A stretch of DNA of 64,000 bases from Candidatus Woesearchaeota archaeon (GTDB taxonomy: Archaea; Nanobdellota; Nanobdellia; Woesearchaeales; GW2011-AR9). Where the stretch lies: contig JACOZP010000007.1 of NCBI GenBank assembly GCA_016181265.1, positions 6,560 to 70,559 of the forward strand, in the 5' to 3' direction. Both the position numbers and the translations under genes were made by a program. The notes under the pieces were generated by a model. That model had not been told where the DNA came from. It made no database searches and was given only the letters and a program-made list of their open reading frames with translations. Position 1 is the stretch's first letter. Every line of letters begins with the position of its first letter. Below, in pieces: positions 35,714-44,223 of this stretch.

Positions 35714-37336
35714 TTACCCTACCGCACACTTCTCACAATTATCTCCCGCTCTCTTCCCAGAACTCAATTTATTTCCACATCTACAAACAAATCCTTGTAA
35801 TCGTGCCGGATTTCCATATACTAGGCCAAAGGCCGGAACATTTCTTGTCACCACCGAACCAGCACCAACTAAAGCAAACCGACCGATCGTTACATCAGGT
35901 AACACAACAACACGCGCACCAAGAGAAGCTCCTTCCTTGACCAGGATTTTACCAACAATCCAATCGGTTTCTTTTTTAGGAACACCCCCCAGATTAATCG
36001 CTCGTGGATTTTTATCATTAGTGAGAACAACATGTGGACCTATAAATACCCCATTTTCTAACGTCACACCACGATATAAAGACGAATTATTTTGAATCCG
36101 ACAATGATTCCCGATGACAACACCTCTATCAACATACACATTCTTTCCCAGCATACAGTTGTCCCCGATCACTGCTTCTTCACGAACTTGAGCATGATGC
36201 CAAATAGAAACAACATTGCCGATGATAGCTGCAGGGGATACTTCAGCAGTAGGATGAACTCTTCCTTTTTTAATTTCTCGAACAATCTTCTCACTAGCGC
36301 CTAAATAAAAATCATGTCTCTTTCGTTTGAGATCTTTGATCCCTGAACTCTTAAAGTAAGTGGCGTATGCCGTAACGATCTTTTCAGTAGTTGTCCCTGC
36401 AAGGATGTTTTTTCCATCATAGATCGGCCTCATCCATTCCGTCTCATTCCGCGGAATAAGACATGGTGTGTTCAACGCGACAGCCTCTTCCTGAACTCCA
36501 CCGGAATCAGTGATGCAAAATGTACACGACGAGAGTAACGCTAAAAACTGAAGGTAGGACTGAGGTTCGATCAAAACAACATTCTCATTAAAAACAACTC
36601 CTTTTTCTGTAATCACTTTCTGTGTTCGTGGATGAACAGGAAAGACGAGAATCTCCGACTGCGAAATTACTTTTAGACTTTCTATGATCTGAGTAAAATT
36701 CGGTTCTTCTGTATTTTCAGCACGATGGACCGTAACAAGAACAAAACTCCCTGGTCCCAAACCGAGATTAGCAAGAATTTGAAGATCAACAAAAACTCTA
36801 TTTCGTGCGACTGCATCATACGCCGTGCTCCCAAAATGGTAAATCTTCGAAGAAGGATACTGCTCCCGGGTCAAATTTCCAACAGCAACAGTATCTGGGG
36901 CAATTAAATAGTCTGCAATCCGATCAACTTCAATCCGGTTCATCTCCTCCGGCATAGCTTCATTGAAAGAGCGGCAGCCCGCTTCAATATGCATTAGTCT
37001 CACACCACATTTTCTTGCCGCGCGTGCACCGGCAAGCGTTGAGTTCGTATCGCCAAGTACAAGGACTAAATCTGGTTTCTCTCGATTCAATATTGGCTCG
37101 ATCTTCTCCTCCATCATCTGAAGCTGCTCATCTCGTGAAAGTGAACCAATATCCAGCATAAATGCAGGTTTGGGCAGCTTCAATTCTTCAAAGAATATCT
37201 TATCCATGTTAAAATCATAATGTTGTCCCGTATGAATTATCTTATGTTCAATAGAAAGATCGTTCTCCAACAAATCAATTACCGGCGACAATTTAATGAT
37301 CTCCGGTCTCGTCCCCAATACAGTAATAACTTTCAT
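35714..37336 (-). CDS. fusion protein: UDP-GlcNAc 2-epimerase + hexapeptide (LbH) acetyltransferase + C-terminal zinc ribbon
   Basis: 540 aa. It has an N-terminal VLGTRPEIIKLSPV and DSGGVQEE (Epimerase_2), then about 150 aa of imperfect hexapeptide repeats (IGDNCMLGKNVYVDRGVVIGNHCRIQNN..), then CRCGNKL..CEKC. Confidence 0.75.
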   Translation of the reverse strand: MKVITVLGTRPEIIKLSPVIDLLENDLSIEHKIIHTGQHYDFNMDKIFFEELKLPKPAFMLDIGSLSRDEQLQMMEEKIEPILNREKPDLVLVLGDTNSTLAGARAARKCGVRLMHIEAGCRSFNEAMPEEMNRIEVDRIADYLIAPDTVAVGNLTREQYPSSKIYHFGSTAYDAVARNRVFVDLQILANLGLGPGSFVLVTVHRAENTEEPNFTQIIESLKVISQSEILVFPVHPRTQKVITEKGVVFNENVVLIEPQSYLQFLALLSSCTFCITDSGGVQEEAVALNTPCLIPRNETEWMRPIYDGKNILAGTTTEKIVTAYATYFKSSGIKDLKRKRHDFYLGASEKIVREIKKGRVHPTAEVSPAAIIGNVVSIWHHAQVREEAVIGDNCMLGKNVYVDRGVVIGNHCRIQNNSSLYRGVTLENGVFIGPHVVLTNDKNPRAINLGGVPKKETDWIVGKILVKEGASLGARVVVLPDVTIGRFALVGAGSVVTRNVPAFGLVYGNPARLQGFVCRCGNKLSSGKRAGDNCEKCAVG

Positions 37337-37400
37337 TAAAATGATACTAAAAACAGCCTTTTTATGTTTTATGGGTCAGAGATACTACCCCCTAATTTTC

Positions 37401-38024
37401 TCATCGAAAATTCCTGACCAGTACTCCTAATTCTTGATACGAATCAAAATAAATATCGGCTCCCGGAGCAGTGGAACGATAAAGAAACACTCCCTTCATT
37501 TTCGCTGCGTGTGCTGCCTCAACATCAACAAATGTATCTCCAACATAGATCGCTTCCACAGCGGCTACACCTAATACTTTCAATGCTTTTAACAATGGCT
37601 CAGGATGTGGTTTTGCATACTGAACTTGATCAACTCCCACTACTGTACCAAACAAGCGTTCTACTTCAGAGATCTTCAAATAATCACCAATTCTGTCTCG
37701 CGTCCGGTTAGAAACCAATCCCAAGCCATGATCAACAGACAAATCTTGTACCGCTTCTGAAGAATAAGGGAAGACTTTTAACAATTCACGTGGGTAATCA
37801 ACAGTTCGGGAAAATTCTTCTAATTCCCTACGTTTACTTTCGGGCAAGTCTCTTGCTAAGACATCAATCATGTCGTATCTGCGTAAATGCCAATAGGCAG
37901 CCATCTCTTCTGCAGTAGGGATTTTATATCCAGCTTGGCCAAACACCCGCTGATAAAATGCAATATTTGCTTTTTCTGAATCCAGCAACGTCCCATCAAT
38001 ATCAAATAACACTGCTCTAATCAT
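37401..38024 (-). CDS. HAD-superfamily hydrolase (phosphoglycolate/sugar phosphatase-like)
   Basis: 207 aa. Motifs LFDIDGTLLDS and VGDTFVDVEAA are present. Confidence 0.75.
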   Translation of the reverse strand: MIRAVLFDIDGTLLDSEKANIAFYQRVFGQAGYKIPTAEEMAAYWHLRRYDMIDVLARDLPESKRRELEEFSRTVDYPRELLKVFPYSSEAVQDLSVDHGLGLVSNRTRDRIGDYLKISEVERLFGTVVGVDQVQYAKPHPEPLLKALKVLGVAAVEAIYVGDTFVDVEAAHAAKMKGVFLYRSTAPGADIYFDSYQELGVLVRNFR

Positions 38025-38077
38025 AGATCTCCGTTAAGATCAAGTCTATTTAAATACAATGAAAGAATAACCTCGAC

Positions 38078-38812
38078 CTAGTTTCTCAAAAGATGCAATC
38101 TTCTTGCTACTGATCTCGGTGTTATCTTCAATAGATACCTAGCATGACTCCTCATCACTCGCAATAGACGGATCTTGGAAACACCATATTCTCGCACATG
38201 CAACACCGTTGGATATTCACGAATCGTATGACCCGCTGCATACGCATTCACTAAGATCTCTGCCATCGCTAAGAAATCAGGAGACGTAAACGCCACTGAT
38301 TTAACAACGTCCATTTTATATACACGAAACAATGCAGTGAAAGTAAAAATTTTAATTCCCGTCGTTAAACGATATAACAATGTGATTCCTTTACTCAGCA
38401 GGAGACGATATGCGGGAACGTTCTCCACGCCCCCTCCTGGATGATAAGGTGAAGCAGTCACGATCGAGGTATTTTCATCTAATAAGTCGACCATTGCTAA
38501 CAAACCGCGGGGGTCGTACGTACAATCGCTGTCCATCGTCGCCACAAAGTCACCCGTCGCTGCAGCAAATCCTGTCTGCATCGCCGCCCCAAGATTCTTG
38601 TTTTTCTCATGACGGATAATTTTTGTATTCGGATGTAAACCAAAGTAGCTATTCAACAATTCAAACGTATTATCTCTACTCCCATCGTCAATAAAAATAA
38701 GTTCCACAGCAAACTTCCTCCCTAGTTCTTCCAAAACAGGAGCAATCTTCGTAGATAAATGCGGAATACTTTCCTCCTCATTATAACAGGGGATAATTAT
38801 AGATAATTTCAT
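38078..38812 (-). CDS. GT2 polyprenyl-phosphate sugar synthase-like (ArnC/Dpm1-type catalytic domain)
   Basis: 244 aa. Motifs IIIPCYNEEESI, IDDGSRDNT and MDSDCTYDP are present. There are no C-terminal TM helices. Confidence 0.7.
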   Translation of the reverse strand: MKLSIIIPCYNEEESIPHLSTKIAPVLEELGRKFAVELIFIDDGSRDNTFELLNSYFGLHPNTKIIRHEKNKNLGAAMQTGFAAATGDFVATMDSDCTYDPRGLLAMVDLLDENTSIVTASPYHPGGGVENVPAYRLLLSKGITLLYRLTTGIKIFTFTALFRVYKMDVVKSVAFTSPDFLAMAEILVNAYAAGHTIREYPTVLHVREYGVSKIRLLRVMRSHARYLLKITPRSVARRLHLLRN

Positions 38813-38874
38813 CTACAGCACGCGGCACAAAGTTAATTTATAAATATTTCTTTAATCGAAACAAGGAATTCCCA

Positions 38875-39207
38875 TCAATTGCCAACATTCATCACGACAA
38901 TACCCAACATGATCAATGCCACACCCAAAAGCTTATGTTTATTTAACTGTTCTTTCAACGCAAATTTCGCTAGAACAACTGCCCAAATATAACTCACCGA
39001 CGCAGTCAGATAGATGAACGTCAACGGCGCAAACTTCAGAGCATAAACATAAAAGATAAACGACAAGCCACCTAGCAAGACTGCCAACCCCAGCTTCGTA
39101 TTTTTAAGATCGATTGGCCGGCTGGAACCGATCTTAAAGTAGAGTGTACTAAACGCCCCGATAACTGATGAGATCAGTATCAGAATTATTGCCACACTTT
39201 GATTCAT
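38875..39207 (-). CDS. small 4-TM EamA/DMT-type protein (ArnE/ArnF-size)
   Basis: 110 aa, 4 TM helices, with an ATGA overlap to the upstream partner. Confidence 0.65.
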   Translation of the reverse strand: MNQSVAIILILISSVIGAFSTLYFKIGSSRPIDLKNTKLGLAVLLGGLSFIFYVYALKFAPLTFIYLTASVSYIWAVVLAKFALKEQLNKHKLLGVALIMLGIVVMNVGN

Positions 39208-39629
39208 TGTTCTTCCTCTTTTTCAGGCAGTACTTCTTTCCCCGCTACTGAAACCGTCTGCTGATGACCATATTTTCCGATTAAAATAACACCACCCATA
39301 ATCAGGAACATCCCGCTCCACTTCTGCAGTGTGACGATCTCGTCTAGAAAAAAGACAGAGAGTAATGTGACAACAATATAGCCTGATGCCATCACTGGAT
39401 AAATAACCGATAACTCGCCCAAGCGAAACGCGTAGATAAAAAAGACAGCACCAAAAACATAAAGAGCTCCCCCGACCAGCAGAGGAACATTGGTCAATTG
39501 AGAGAATAATTGATCGGGTGCCAACGAAAAATGATCACTTCCTTTCTTTAATAGAATCTGTGCAACAGAAACGATAGCTGTGCAAAGCAGTGCTAGAAAT
39601 ATCCCCTTTTTATTATCGGTCAACACCAT
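39204..39629 (-). CDS. small 4-TM EamA/DMT-type protein (ArnE/ArnF-size)
   Basis: 141 aa. AFRLGELSVIYPVMASGYIV is homologous to ALRFGDLSFLYPFAALSYVW of 22423-22779. Confidence 0.65.
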   Translation of the reverse strand: MVLTDNKKGIFLALLCTAIVSVAQILLKKGSDHFSLAPDQLFSQLTNVPLLVGGALYVFGAVFFIYAFRLGELSVIYPVMASGYIVVTLLSVFFLDEIVTLQKWSGMFLIMGGVILIGKYGHQQTVSVAGKEVLPEKEEEQ

Positions 39630-39652
39630 TTTTCTCAGTTACTCATTTCGCT

Positions 39653-40681
39653 TTATAAATCTTCTACTGCTTCGGCAAATGATAACAGTTTCCTCTTGCT
39701 GAAAGAAACGCGATTCGGCACAAAGAGAAGCCGCTGCGAAACGGCCGTCCCAGGCCAGGGTGGCAAAAATAAAAATTGTTTTCGCACTGCCTGGTCTCGT
39801 TGTTCTTGATTCTTAAAATAAAAAGCAAGATAAGAACACGCTGATTCCGCGCGAGGATCTACTTCTTGCAAGCGGACATTTTTCTGCTTCAAAAAAAGAT
39901 AATTAGCGCGCTTGCGACGAACATTCCTCACGACACTTTCAACTTGCCAATATGCTAGTTGAGCCTCAACTACAGAACAATGAGCATGGAGAGATAACTC
40001 TTGTGCAAGCCGTAAATCTGCCCGTTTCCGAACAAAGTCGATTAATAATTTAGATAACCAGAAAGCCCGTGTTTCATACAACGATCCGAACAGGCGTTTG
40101 GCGAAGTCAGAAAAAGACGCTTTTCCGTTCTGCATCTGTTGTAATCGCACAATCTCACCAACGTCATGGTTCGTGAACAGTGCTCCTCCACCAATGTTCA
40201 CCATCTGCTTGGTAAAACTATAGACAGCATAATCGCCAAACGTCCCCGCATTCTGTTGATCATAACGTGCACCAAGTGCATGAGCGATATCTTCAATTAA
40301 AATAACATTACGTCGGCGGCAGAGGTCAGCAACTTCTCTAATTCCAGAAGGATTTCCATACGTATGGACAAAGATAACTACTTTCGTTCGAAGAGTGATC
40401 TGCTTCTCCAAAGATTCCGCGTCCAGGTTCAATGTATGAGGATTAACGTCTACTAGTTTAGGAATAGCGCCCCCCTTTGTAATCGCCAATGTCAAACTAT
40501 CACAGATAAAAGATTGGATGATAACTTCATCATCTTTTTGCAGATGAAGGCTACACAACAAAGTGTAAAGGGCATTACGACAAGAGCTAAAGAGAACAAC
40601 ATGACGTAGCTTTAACATCTGAGCTAACTTCCAACAGAGCTTTTCCTGAATCCCTGCCCTATTTGAATTGCCTGATAACAA
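39653..40681 (-). CDS. DegT/DnrJ/EryC1-like PLP aminotransferase-fold protein, paralog B
   Basis: 342 aa from a TTG start that overlaps the upstream gene end. Motifs IEDIAHALGA and YSFTKQMVNIGGG are present. Confidence 0.6.
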   Translation of the reverse strand: MLSGNSNRAGIQEKLCWKLAQMLKLRHVVLFSSCRNALYTLLCSLHLQKDDEVIIQSFICDSLTLAITKGGAIPKLVDVNPHTLNLDAESLEKQITLRTKVVIFVHTYGNPSGIREVADLCRRRNVILIEDIAHALGARYDQQNAGTFGDYAVYSFTKQMVNIGGGALFTNHDVGEIVRLQQMQNGKASFSDFAKRLFGSLYETRAFWLSKLLIDFVRKRADLRLAQELSLHAHCSVVEAQLAYWQVESVVRNVRRKRANYLFLKQKNVRLQEVDPRAESACSYLAFYFKNQEQRDQAVRKQFLFLPPWPGTAVSQRLLFVPNRVSFSKRKLLSFAEAVEDL

Positions 40682-41711
40682 TCGGACTTATCACCTCAAT
40701 CATTTTTTTAGGTAGCAAGCGCCATACTTTCCCGTAGAGACGATACAAGCCAAAGGAAGCATCTAAAGAAGGGATGTCCTTTGAATCGGCAGCATAAAAA
40801 TAATAAGGAATCTCTCTCTGACGCGTCGCCCATTTCTCTTTGAATGCATACATATTCCCATCGTTCATCTCTCTCGTAGACCCACCTAAATCTACAATTG
40901 CATATTTTTGTGTAATGCCATAGCAGATAATCTCCCAAAGTAGAATATAATAGGGACTTATCTTATTATAACAATAATCTGTCCCTGCAAAAGCATACTC
41001 GATCGTCTCTCGATCAAAAAATAAGAAAGCCGCAGCAATTGGTTTTTCCCCGAGATAAGTCACCGCGATAGTAGTCGTACAAGTACGAAGTGCTTCCTCA
41101 AACAACGTATATGGCCATGCCGGAACACCTCGTCTCTTTCGCGTATTCAGATAGACGTTATAAAAATCATCAAGTCGCTTTTTTTCCGTACCAATAACAA
41201 CTATTAAGCCATTCTTCTGTGCTTTGCGGATGTCGTAACGAACATCTTTCGAAAAAGAAGCCAGCATCTCTTCTTCAGAAGATCTCAGGTCAATCAAAAA
41301 GTCAGTAATCGGAGATTGTTTCACAAAGTGAGACACTAAATCTTCTTTCAATGGTTTCTGTTGCCGAATCTCTAAAAATTTTCCGTCCTGTGCTAATTCC
41401 TTTGCTTTCTCCAAAAGCATCTTTGTTACTTCATCATCATCGCTTACCACGCCGCCAAATGGAAAAAAAGGAATAGACACATAACGTACCCCTTCTACTA
41501 AGCTACTCGTCTTAAAGAGAGGCAAAACACCACGAATAGAACCATCAACCCAGGCAACAAGATAGGAAGGGGAAAAGCGAAAGTGATGCACAATTAAATC
41601 CATAATTTCCAAACCATGGAGATACAACGCATCAGGATGGTTCTTAACAAATGACTGATAGGTTTCATACTCGTCTTTGTTCAGTAATCGTACTTCTCTC
41701 TGGGATTTCAT
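40659..41711 (-). CDS. FemAB-like / Acetyltransf_6 (GNAT-fold) transferase, paralog B1
   Basis: 350 aa. It has the same length and block order as 41727-42779 (..LPLFKT..L.., DVRYDIRKA, YNVYLNTRKRRGVP, FAGTD, YAFKEKWA). Confidence 0.6.
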   Translation of the reverse strand: MKSQREVRLLNKDEYETYQSFVKNHPDALYLHGLEIMDLIVHHFRFSPSYLVAWVDGSIRGVLPLFKTSSLVEGVRYVSIPFFPFGGVVSDDDEVTKMLLEKAKELAQDGKFLEIRQQKPLKEDLVSHFVKQSPITDFLIDLRSSEEEMLASFSKDVRYDIRKAQKNGLIVVIGTEKKRLDDFYNVYLNTRKRRGVPAWPYTLFEEALRTCTTTIAVTYLGEKPIAAAFLFFDRETIEYAFAGTDYCYNKISPYYILLWEIICYGITQKYAIVDLGGSTREMNDGNMYAFKEKWATRQREIPYYFYAADSKDIPSLDASFGLYRLYGKVWRLLPKKMIEVISPIVIRQFK

Positions 41712-41726
41712 GTTTTTATTACACTC

Positions 41727-42779
41727 CTAGACAAACTGGCGGATGAGATATGGGCTTAATTTATCAATAACGAATAACGGAAGCTTTTTCCATATCTTAC
41801 TCGCAACCAGAAATAAAACACCATCAGTCTGTGGAAGCGGCAAACCAGTGGGAGAATAAAAGTAAGAGGGGACCGTTGTGATAGTATCTGCCCATTTCCG
41901 TTTGAATTCATAGAGACCACCATCATTCGCGGACAATGTCGCCCCCCCAAAATTAAAGAGTGTATATCCTCTCTCACACCCATCTTTAATTGCTTCCCAG
42001 AGTAAAAGATGATAAGGTTGCAACTTTAAGATCGACTTCTGTTGAAGCGAGCCGCTGAAAGCATATCTAATTTCCTTCTTATGATACAACAAAAAAATAG
42101 AGGCGATTGGTTTTTCTTCGTAAAACGCGGTATAGATACGTGCCGTATCTCCGAAGCATCCCAGAATCTGCTTAAAATAAGAATAAGGGTAACCGGGAAC
42201 ACCACGAAACTTGCGCGTGATCAAGAAAAGACGATAGAATCCATCCAAGTCTCTGACAGAATTTCCCCATCTCCAAGTTATCCCGCTCTTCTCTGCAGTC
42301 TTTATACCCCAGCGGACACTGCTTTTTGGTAATTTCAATAAGACCCGTTGCGCATCAGCATTAAGCATGAGAGAAAAGTTAAATACTGCTTGTGAACGGC
42401 GGAAATGTGAGACGTAATTCTCATTCTGTTCTGGCTCTCGTACTTCGAGAAAAGAAATATTCTCTTTGTTTGCTAATTCCCGTGCAAAAGAGAGCATACC
42501 TCGTTCCGCCACAGGGTTATCCCCCAGTATCCCCGTTGAAACGGCATATGGAGTTGAAACAAGACGAGCGCCAAAGAGGCTCTGTGTTTTAAATAGAGTC
42601 AAAACTCCATCTATTTTTCCCACTTCGTTCTTATGGACGATAATCATCGGGACAAATTTAAAATGTCGAGCAAGAATTTCTGCCCATCGCCGCGTGTGTT
42701 CAAACGTTGAGGAAGGATGCGTTTCAACATAACAATCATATTCTGTCCAATCATCCTGCGAAAGGAAAGTAGTGATCAT
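41727..42779 (-). CDS. FemAB-like / Acetyltransf_6 (GNAT-fold) transferase, paralog B2
   Basis: 350 aa. Blocks LTLFKTQSLFG, SVRWGIKTA, LFLITRKFRGVPGYP, FSGS and YEFKRKWA are present. It is tandem with paralog B1. Confidence 0.6.
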   Translation of the reverse strand: MITTFLSQDDWTEYDCYVETHPSSTFEHTRRWAEILARHFKFVPMIIVHKNEVGKIDGVLTLFKTQSLFGARLVSTPYAVSTGILGDNPVAERGMLSFARELANKENISFLEVREPEQNENYVSHFRRSQAVFNFSLMLNADAQRVLLKLPKSSVRWGIKTAEKSGITWRWGNSVRDLDGFYRLFLITRKFRGVPGYPYSYFKQILGCFGDTARIYTAFYEEKPIASIFLLYHKKEIRYAFSGSLQQKSILKLQPYHLLLWEAIKDGCERGYTLFNFGGATLSANDGGLYEFKRKWADTITTVPSYFYSPTGLPLPQTDGVLFLVASKIWKKLPLFVIDKLSPYLIRQFV

Positions 42780-42780
42780 C

Positions 42781-43674
42781 TCAATTCCTCAACCTCAACG
42801 CGAATTCAGCAGATGTGACAAAAGTATGATGCTTTGTCAGCTCTTGTAACATCCTTCGAAAGAGCTGAAGTCTTTTTTCCAATGGTATTCCTATCAAATG
42901 GCCTAATCGAGGATCATGGATCTCATCTGCTAGATCAGCGGCATGAAATTCATAATTAAGAGGTATTTTTAACAAACGTACGAGGGAGTGAGCAATCTTA
43001 AAATAAAAAAACCCCAACTTTACTATAAAAGTAGCATGGATCGGAATCCTCAACAGTGGCATCACCGTACAAGGAATTTCTAACAGTTTCCCTCTTCTAT
43101 TCGAAGCTACAACATAAGGCTTATTTTTCTTTAAGAACCAGTGCCAGCGCGGGCCGTGTGTCCGTAAGACCCCTCCTTTAAACCAAGTGTTCAAACGCAT
43201 AATGATTGGATACACAAACGTCGAGATATAAGAGCTATCATAACGATAGCCACTCCCATGAAGAATCTGCAATACCTCCGTATCAATATCATATCCCGGA
43301 GCTTTAAACCCAACTGGTTTTCTCCCTGTTATCATCAAAAGAGCCTTCTCTCCTTCGAGAATTTCTTTTTTCTTCTGCTCCAAAGAACATTTTCGTAACC
43401 CAAAAGGATGTGAGTAAGTATGATTCGCTAATTCATGTTCTTCATCATAAATTCGTTTCAACAACTCTCTTTTGAGGGGATCAGCCGTATCCCTACCAAT
43501 GACAAAAAACGTCGCTTTAATTCCAAACTCTCGAAATAATTCGAGATAGCGTGGTACGGCTGTCTCAAACAGTATATCAGGAGAGATTGATACATCATGT
43601 CCATAATAGCTGAGATTAGTCCATAACCCATCTAAATCAACTTGAATCGTTGCTAAAGTTCGTTTCAAAACCAT
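42781..43674 (-). CDS. polysaccharide deacetylase (CE4; ArnD/PEP-CTERM-locus-like)
   Basis: 297 aa. Motifs QVDLDG, KATFFVIG and ANHTYSH are present. Its stop is 1 nt from the next start. Confidence 0.7.
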   Translation of the reverse strand: MVLKRTLATIQVDLDGLWTNLSYYGHDVSISPDILFETAVPRYLELFREFGIKATFFVIGRDTADPLKRELLKRIYDEEHELANHTYSHPFGLRKCSLEQKKKEILEGEKALLMITGRKPVGFKAPGYDIDTEVLQILHGSGYRYDSSYISTFVYPIIMRLNTWFKGGVLRTHGPRWHWFLKKNKPYVVASNRRGKLLEIPCTVMPLLRIPIHATFIVKLGFFYFKIAHSLVRLLKIPLNYEFHAADLADEIHDPRLGHLIGIPLEKRLQLFRRMLQELTKHHTFVTSAEFALRLRN

Positions 43675-43699
43675 CGGCTAGTATGATTCATTCTTCCCT

Positions 43700-43714
43700 A
43701 ACCTTTATAAAATT
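43700..43714 (+). promoter_or_regulatory. TATA-like box for Alg14/Alg13-like operon
   Basis: AACCTTTATAAAATT lies about 27 nt upstream of the ATG at 43735. Confidence 0.45.
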
Positions 43715-43734
43715 TGTCGAACCACGACACCCAG

Positions 43735-44223
43735 ATGACCAAGAAAAAAATGCTTGTGGTTTTGGGAATGGGAGGCCATACCGCCCAGATTCTCCGCTTG
43801 CTCGATTCTTTAGGTGACACGTATGAATACGAATATGTCATTGGCCACGATGATACTACTTCCGCCGCCAAGATAAAACTAAAAGGAAAAATCCACGTCA
43901 TGCGCAATCCACGTCTGATGACAGACAAATCAATAGCAAAGGTGGCGCTCAATATGGTGCCTTCCACTATTGACGCTTTTTCAATCCTACGCAAAACTAA
44001 ACCAGATGCCATTCTCAGCGCTGGACCGGCCTTGACCATCCCTCTCTTCTGGTTGGCAAAAGCAAGAGGAACAAAAACAATCTTCGTTGAATCATGGGTC
44101 CGCGTCCACCATCAGTCATTAACAGGGAGATTAGTATACCCAGTCAGCGATCTCTTCTTTGTCCAATGGGAAAGTATGACCAAAACATATCCTAAAGCAA
44201 TATACGCTGGAAGACTATCATGA
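43735..44223 (+). CDS. Alg14-like oligosaccharide biosynthesis protein (membrane-anchoring subunit of GlcNAc transferase)
   Basis: The ATG at 43735 lies about 27 nt downstream of a TATA box (CCTTTATAAAAT). Motifs VVLGMGGHTAQIL and FVESWVRV are present. Confidence 0.7.
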   Translation: MTKKKMLVVLGMGGHTAQILRLLDSLGDTYEYEYVIGHDDTTSAAKIKLKGKIHVMRNPRLMTDKSIAKVALNMVPSTIDAFSILRKTKPDAILSAGPALTIPLFWLAKARGTKTIFVESWVRVHHQSLTGRLVYPVSDLFFVQWESMTKTYPKAIYAGRLS

